Part shown: one piece after another, positions 15,843-20,000 of the stretch | Numbering within the stretch: position 1 is the stretch's first letter | Layout: the number at the start of each line of letters is the position of its first letter | Origin: an uncultured virus (IMG/VR IMGVR_UViG_3300030085_002155) | Lineage: Duplodnaviria; Heunggongvirae; Uroviricota; Caudoviricetes | Virus record (IMG/VR): IMGVR_UViG_3300030085_002155 | Strand: one strand, 5' to 3' | DNA length: 20,000 bases | Program-made: the position numbers and the translations under genes | The notes under the pieces: generated by a model | What the model was told of the DNA's origin: nothing | Databases searched by the model: none | What the model saw: the letters and a program-made list of their open reading frames with translations, nothing else

Positions 15843-15932
15843 CGTCGCTTTCGTGCGCGACACGCTACAAAACGGAATATACGCTACTTACACTTAACCA
15901 AAAGGGAGAGGTTTCCGAACCTCTCTTTTTTT
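15843..15932 (+). ncRNA. Candidate ~90-nt late small RNA
   Basis: Bounded by TATAAATA and a strong terminator, with no ATG inside. 5' hairpin GTCGC/GCGAC (15844-15861); ACGCTAC twice (15862-15868, 15881-15887). 5' end is estimated. Confidence 0.55.
15900..15932 (+). terminator. Intrinsic terminator, possibly bidirectional
   Basis: AAAAGG-GAGAGGTT-(TCCG)-AACCTCTC-TTTTTTT: perfect 8-bp stem, 7-T tail, A-run upstream. Confidence 0.92.
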
Positions 15933-15941
15933 GTCTTTTGT

Positions 15942-15949
15942 TATAAATA
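15942..15949 (+). promoter_or_regulatory. T4-type late promoter for hsp20
   Basis: Exact TATAAATA just after the terminator, about 60 nt before the hsp20 ATG. Confidence 0.85.
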
Positions 15950-15953
15950 GGTA

Positions 15954-16010
15954 TGAACGCCGTAAGGGTTCACAAAATACAAACTCGCTTTTATAGGAGC
16001 TACTATCATG
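15954..16010 (+). promoter_or_regulatory. Structured hsp20 5'UTR, ROSE-like RNA thermometer candidate
   Basis: Hairpin 1: TGAAC-g-CC-(GTAA)-GG-GTTCA (15954-15972). Hairpin 2: CTCGCT (15984-15989) pairs with SD AGGAG (15995-15999) with a bulged G. Confidence 0.6.
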
Positions 16011-16454
16011 GTACACCCAGCACCTGGGATGCAGAGGTACAGTACTGCCAACATTCAAAAGTTTTTGAATGACATTGACAGATACTCTATCGGTATGGAT
16101 GAATGGTTCAATAGATTTGATACCCTGCATCAGACGGAACAGAATTATCCCCCTTTCAACTTAATCAAAGAATCTAATATTGAGTTTAGACTTGAGGTTG
16201 CTTGTGCGGGATTCAGGAAAGGCGAACTCAATGTGTACTCAGAGTCGGGTAAATTGTTTGTTGAAGGACAAACAGAATCCGAATTTGAAGAGACAGAATA
16301 TGTACACAGGGGTCTCGCCAAGAGAGCGTTCACACGAACTTGGACACTCTCTGATGACGTGGAGGTTGGAGACGTAAACTTTGAGGATGGACTTCTGATG
16401 GTCAAGTTAAGGCGGATCATTCCTGACCACCAGAAGAGAAAAGTTTACCTCTAA
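16008..16454 (+). CDS. hsp20: Small heat shock protein Hsp20 (IbpA-like)
   Basis: SIGMDEWF, NYPPFNLIK, LEVACAGF, YVHRGLAKRAFTRTWTLSDDVEV...FEDGLL.V.L.RIIPDHQK: alpha-crystallin domain. AGGAG Shine-Dalgarno. Confidence 0.96.
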   Translation: MVHPAPGMQRYSTANIQKFLNDIDRYSIGMDEWFNRFDTLHQTEQNYPPFNLIKESNIEFRLEVACAGFRKGELNVYSESGKLFVEGQTESEFEETEYVHRGLAKRAFTRTWTLSDDVEVGDVNFEDGLLMVKLRRIIPDHQKRKVYL

Positions 16455-16482
16455 ATAGTTCTACCCTGCATGTCATGCGGAT

Positions 16483-16515
16483 GGGGGAAGTCGTTTGACT
16501 TTCCCCTCTTTTTTT
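16483..16515 (+). terminator. Intrinsic terminator after hsp20
   Basis: GGGGGAAGTC-(GTTT)-GACTTTCCCC 10-bp stem (one G-U) followed by TCTTTTTTT. Confidence 0.9.
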
Positions 16516-16523
16516 GTTATAGT
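16495..16523 (+). promoter_or_regulatory. sigma70-type promoter for the gp43 operon, embedded in the hsp20 terminator
   Basis: TTGACT (16495-16500), 17 bp, TATAGT (16518-16523), extended TG at 16515-16516. Followed by SD AAGGAG (16529-16534) and ATG 16546. Confidence 0.78.
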
Positions 16524-16545
16524 ACCGGAAGGAGTCCCTACAGTT

Positions 16546-16920
16546 ATGAGTGTAAAAATTTGCCTGTTGAAGTCTGGTGAAGAGGTTGTTGCTGATGTAA
16601 AAGAACTGGTAAACGCAGATGATCAGTTTGTTGGATATGTGTTCCACAAACCTGTGCTTATCACATATAACAATCCAGAAATGTTGTTGGAGGAGGACGC
16701 GGCATCCTTGTCACTTTCCTTTCAACCATGGTTTCCACTATCAAAAACCCGTGACATTCCAGTCAGTCCTGATTGGGTGATTACTGCTGTGGATCCAATC
16801 AATCAGATCGAACAAATGTACACCGACTCTCTACTTAAGAAGAAAGATGACGCAGACACCTCAGACGAAACCGCCGACTCCGGATCCGGAGATAATCCAG
16901 CTGTTATTCTTCAAGAATAA
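16546..16920 (+). CDS. Conserved hypothetical protein, putative Sm-like fold (paralog 3)
   Basis: Start corrected to ATG 16546, because the track's TTG 16495 lies inside the terminator/promoter. VKICLLKSGEEVVADVKE...KPVLI...FQPWFPL...DWVITAVDP...MY. Confidence 0.82.
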   Translation: MSVKICLLKSGEEVVADVKELVNADDQFVGYVFHKPVLITYNNPEMLLEEDAASLSLSFQPWFPLSKTRDIPVSPDWVITAVDPINQIEQMYTDSLLKKKDDADTSDETADSGSGDNPAVILQE

Positions 16921-17140
16921 TCCAAATCCCATCATCTCACGAATTGATGATGTTGGATCTGAAATTGGAGAACCTGATTGTAGACTCACCAAACCATATG
17001 AAATTGTTGAAGGAGAATTAGTTCCTTGGTTGGCCAGACTTACGGACCAACGACAATTTATGATTCATTCGGATTCCATACTGACAATGGCCAATCCTAA
17101 TGATACACTATTGAAAAAGTACAAAGAAAAACTTCTGTAA
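16847..17140 (+). CDS. Conserved hypothetical protein, putative Sm-like fold (paralog 4)
   Basis: IQLLFFKNN..IISRI...GEPDCRLTKPY...LVPWL...FMIHSDSILTMANP...KKY. The stop overlaps the gp43 start (TAATG). Confidence 0.78.
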   Translation: MTQTPQTKPPTPDPEIIQLLFFKNNPNPIISRIDDVGSEIGEPDCRLTKPYEIVEGELVPWLARLTDQRQFMIHSDSILTMANPNDTLLKKYKEKLL

Positions 17141-19638
17141 TGCGATTTTATACTAACGTTCAAATGGTCGGTGATCAAATCCTTGTTCGGGGATATGAGA
17201 ACGGACAACGTTATAGCAACCGTGAGATCTTTCACCCAACACTCTTTGTACCATCTAAGAAGGATAGTAAATACAAGACATTGAATGGTGAATCTGTAGA
17301 ACCAGTGAAACCAGGAACCATCCGCGAAACCAGAGACTTCATCAAGAAGTATGATGGCGTGGATGGTTTTAAAATGTATGGGTTTGAAAGATTCATCTAT
17401 CAATATATCTCTGAACAATATCCAGAGGAGGAAGTATCATTTGATATTTCAAAGATCAATCTAGTCACGATTGATATTGAGGTGAAGGCCGAGTATGGAT
17501 TCCCTGATGTTGAAAATGTTGCTGAGGAAATTCTTCTCATCACCATTCAAGATTACAATACCAAAAAGATTATTACTTGGGGTCAGGGTCCATTTAACAA
17601 TACTCAGTCAAACGTAGAGTATCGCCAGTATCCAGACGAGAAGACTCTCTTGGGTGCCTTCATGGACTGGTGGATGAATAATACTCCCGATGTGGTGACA
17701 GGTTGGAACTGTGAATTGTATGACATTCCATATATCACTGGCAGAATTCGTAGGGTTCTCGGTGAAAAACTCATGAAGAGACTGTCCCCATGGGGACTTG
17801 TTACTCAGGATGAGATCTTCATTCGAGGCAGGAAACAGATTGTCTCTGACATCGGTGGTATTTCTGTTCTCGACTACATGAAGTTGTATCAATGGTCTCC
17901 TGGTACTCCCAACCAAGAGTCCTTCCGACTGGATTATATTGCTCAACAGGAGTTGGGTCAGAAGAAACTGGACCACAGTGAGTTTGATACTTTCAAAGAT
18001 TTCTACACCCATGGGTGGCAGAAGTTTGTTGAATACAACATTGTTGACGTGGAACTTGTAGACCGAATGGAAGACAAGTTGAAACTTATTGAACTTGCTC
18101 TGACTATGGCATATAATGCCAAGGTAAACTATCAGGACATTTTCTATCAGGTTCGTTTGTGGGATTGCATTATCTACAACGAATTGAAGAGGAAGAATAT
18201 TGTCATCCCTTCAAAGTCTAGAACGTCCAAAGATGAAAAGTATGCGGGGGCATATGTCAAGGAACCGATTCCAGGAAAGTATGATTGGGTGGTTAGTTTT
18301 GACCTTAATAGCCTTTATCCTCATCTCATCATGCAGTACAATATTTCGCCAGAAACACTCCTTGATGAACGGCACCCAACGGCTACGATTGACCGAATCC
18401 TTAATGAGGAAGTAGATTTCGGTATGTATTCTGACAACGCAATATGCGCCAATGGTGCGATGTTCCGCAAGGACATCCGTGGTTTTCTGCCTGATCTGAT
18501 GCAGAAGATGTATGGCGAACGAGTGATCTTTAAGAAGAAAATGCTCAAAGCCAAACAGGAGTATGAAAAAACACCAACAGAATCACTTAAAAAAGAAATC
18601 GCCCGATGTGACAACATCCAGATGGCTAAGAAGATTAGTCTTAACTCTGCTTATGGCGCTATCGGTAATCAGTATTTTAGGTACTACAAACTGGAAAACG
18701 CTGAGGCCATCACCCTCTCCGGACAAGTGTCAATCCGATGGATTGAACGCAAGATGAATGATTATCTAAATACTCTCTTGTCTACAAAGGAGGAGGATTA
18801 CGTCATTGCATCAGACACCGATTCAATCTATCTTAACCTTGGACCTCTTGTTACTAAATTTCTTAGTAGCAAGTCTGGTGATAAGGTTAAAGTTGTGGAG
18901 TTACTTGACAAAATCTGCAAGGATAAGTTGGAACCGTTCATCGAGAAGTCTTACCAGGACCTTGCGGATTATGTCTCGGCCTACGAACAAAAGATGATCA
19001 TGAAACGTGAGAACATCGCTGACCGTGGTATCTGGACTGCGAAGAAGCGATACATTCTTAACGTGTGGAACAGTGAGGGGGTTCAGTATGCAGAACCCAA
19101 ACTCAAGATCATGGGTATTGAGGCAGTCAAATCATCTACGCCTGCACCATGCAGACAGATGATTAAAGACGCCCTTAAACTCATGATGAGTGGAACTGAA
19201 GATGATGTGATTGACTATATTGAGAACTGCCGTAAGACGTTCACATCACTCCCACCTGAAGAAGTATCGTTTCCAAGAACGGTTAGTGATGTTGATAAGT
19301 ATCGATCTTATGCCTCGATATATGAGAAGGGTACACCCATTCATGCTAGAGGAGCACTTCTCTTTAATCACTACGTTAAACAGAACAAACTAGATACCAA
19401 ATACTCATACATAAAGAATGGGGAAAAGATTAAGTTTTGCTATTTGAAAAAACCTAATCCTATCCATGAGAATGTTATTTCTTTTATTCAGGATTTCCCC
19501 AAAGAACTTGGACTAAACCAATATGTTGATTATGATCTTCAGTTCTCAAAGTCTTTCTTGGAACCACTGAAAATTATTCTTGATTCTATTGGATGGTCTG
19601 TTGAAAAAACTATCAGCTTGGAGGATTTCTTTGCATGA
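17140..19638 (+). CDS. gp43: gp43 family B DNA polymerase
   Basis: Exo I TIDIEV, Exo II TGWNCELYDIPY, Exo III YNIVDV; polymerase motifs SFDLNSLYP, KISLNSAYG, ASDTDS, KKRY. C-terminal clamp-binding-like SLEDFF. Uninterrupted 832 aa. Confidence 0.98.
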   Translation: MRFYTNVQMVGDQILVRGYENGQRYSNREIFHPTLFVPSKKDSKYKTLNGESVEPVKPGTIRETRDFIKKYDGVDGFKMYGFERFIYQYISEQYPEEEVSFDISKINLVTIDIEVKAEYGFPDVENVAEEILLITIQDYNTKKIITWGQGPFNNTQSNVEYRQYPDEKTLLGAFMDWWMNNTPDVVTGWNCELYDIPYITGRIRRVLGEKLMKRLSPWGLVTQDEIFIRGRKQIVSDIGGISVLDYMKLYQWSPGTPNQESFRLDYIAQQELGQKKLDHSEFDTFKDFYTHGWQKFVEYNIVDVELVDRMEDKLKLIELALTMAYNAKVNYQDIFYQVRLWDCIIYNELKRKNIVIPSKSRTSKDEKYAGAYVKEPIPGKYDWVVSFDLNSLYPHLIMQYNISPETLLDERHPTATIDRILNEEVDFGMYSDNAICANGAMFRKDIRGFLPDLMQKMYGERVIFKKKMLKAKQEYEKTPTESLKKEIARCDNIQMAKKISLNSAYGAIGNQYFRYYKLENAEAITLSGQVSIRWIERKMNDYLNTLLSTKEEDYVIASDTDSIYLNLGPLVTKFLSSKSGDKVKVVELLDKICKDKLEPFIEKSYQDLADYVSAYEQKMIMKRENIADRGIWTAKKRYILNVWNSEGVQYAEPKLKIMGIEAVKSSTPAPCRQMIKDALKLMMSGTEDDVIDYIENCRKTFTSLPPEEVSFPRTVSDVDKYRSYASIYEKGTPIHARGALLFNHYVKQNKLDTKYSYIKNGEKIKFCYLKKPNPIHENVISFIQDFPKELGLNQYVDYDLQFSKSFLEPLKIILDSIGWSVEKTISLEDFFA

Positions 19639-19832
19639 AAGACCAGTACACTATCGATGACGGTGAATCGAAACAAGAGAAATGGAATCGTGGACTTGAC
19701 ATCTTTATCGAGTCGGTTCACAAACCAGACTCTGCACTGAGACAGTGTGCTCATAATCAAATGTGTTATCACGAACTTATGGATGTTCGTAAAAATGTGT
19801 TAGAATACTTGAATACTCTTAGGTGGCATTAA
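19635..19832 (+). CDS. Hypothetical protein between gp43 and uvsX
   Basis: ATGA overlap with the gp43 stop and TAATG overlap with the uvsX start. 65 aa, containing CAHNQMCYHEL. Confidence 0.75.
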   Translation: MKDQYTIDDGESKQEKWNRGLDIFIESVHKPDSALRQCAHNQMCYHELMDVRKNVLEYLNTLRWH

Positions 19833-20000
19833 TGGATTTTTTGAAAGAGATTGTAAAAGAGATCGGAGATGACTACACAAAACTCGCAGCCGATATTGAC
19901 GAGACTGAACAATATGTGGATACGGGTTCGTACATTTTTAACGGACTTGTTTCAGGGTCTATATTTGGTGGTGTATCTGGGAATAAGATTACTGCCATTG
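19832..20000 (+). CDS. uvsX: UvsX RecA-like recombinase, N-terminal part (3'-truncated by window; not in ORF track)
   Basis: Hand translation: MDFLKEIVKEIGDDYTKLAADIDETEQYVDTGSYIFNGLVSGSIFGGVSGNKITAI. DTGS...GG...KIT precedes Walker A in RecA/UvsX; position after gp43 fits. Confidence 0.9.
   Translation, partial: MDFLKEIVKEIGDDYTKLAADIDETEQYVDTGSYIFNGLVSGSIFGGVSGNKITAI

Noticed and set aside
16495..16545. TTG start and N-terminal extension MTFPSFFVIVPEGVPTV
   Set aside because: These bases are the terminator and promoter; the SD at 16529-16534 supports ATG 16546.
17140..19638. Intein, intron or split in gp43; T4-style autogenous operator hairpin at its start
   Set aside because: The ORF is continuous and of normal length. 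Its start overlaps the upstream stop (TAATG) with no evident hairpin.
1731..19772. Other short minus-strand and alternative-frame ORFs in the six-frame track
   Set aside because: They lie within or across confidently assigned + strand genes or regulatory elements and show no protein-like motifs.
1..20000. tRNA, rRNA, CRISPR array, homing endonuclease or transposase
   Set aside because: None seen. Intergenic gaps are few and accounted for, and no HNH, GIY-YIG or DDE motifs were recognised.

Overview
A 20 kb stretch of a T4-like myovirus genome, most likely a marine cyanophage (judged from gene content and order: CobS-like AAA+, SpeD, Hsp20, DUF3110-like, small gp55). All credible genes are on the + strand and tightly packed. 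Order: uvsW (3' end), hypothetical, gp55 late sigma factor, gp47, DUF3110-like, gp46, NAD-dependent epimerase, HExxH/vWA protein, small coiled-coil protein, CobS/MoxR AAA+, DUF3310-like, gp45 clamp, six accessory ORFs (including speD, a pyrimidine-dimer glycosylase-like gene and DUF4385-like), gp44, four accessory ORFs (including a DUF4338/DruA-like protein), gp62, regA, hypothetical, hsp20, two paralogous hypotheticals, gp43 DNA polymerase, hypothetical, uvsX (5' end). The least expected signals are regulatory. They are a candidate ~90-nt late small RNA with its own promoter and terminator, a ROSE-like thermometer hairpin over the hsp20 Shine-Dalgarno, a bidirectional sigma70 promoter at gp55 built on one shared -35 element, and a repeated non-canonical promoter motif before the vWA and CobS genes. 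Four dispersed paralogous small proteins with a possible Sm-like pattern may tie in with these RNAs and RegA as a phage post-transcriptional control system (hypothesis). Family names come from recognised motifs; no database searches were run. There is a 10-N gap at 11538-11547.
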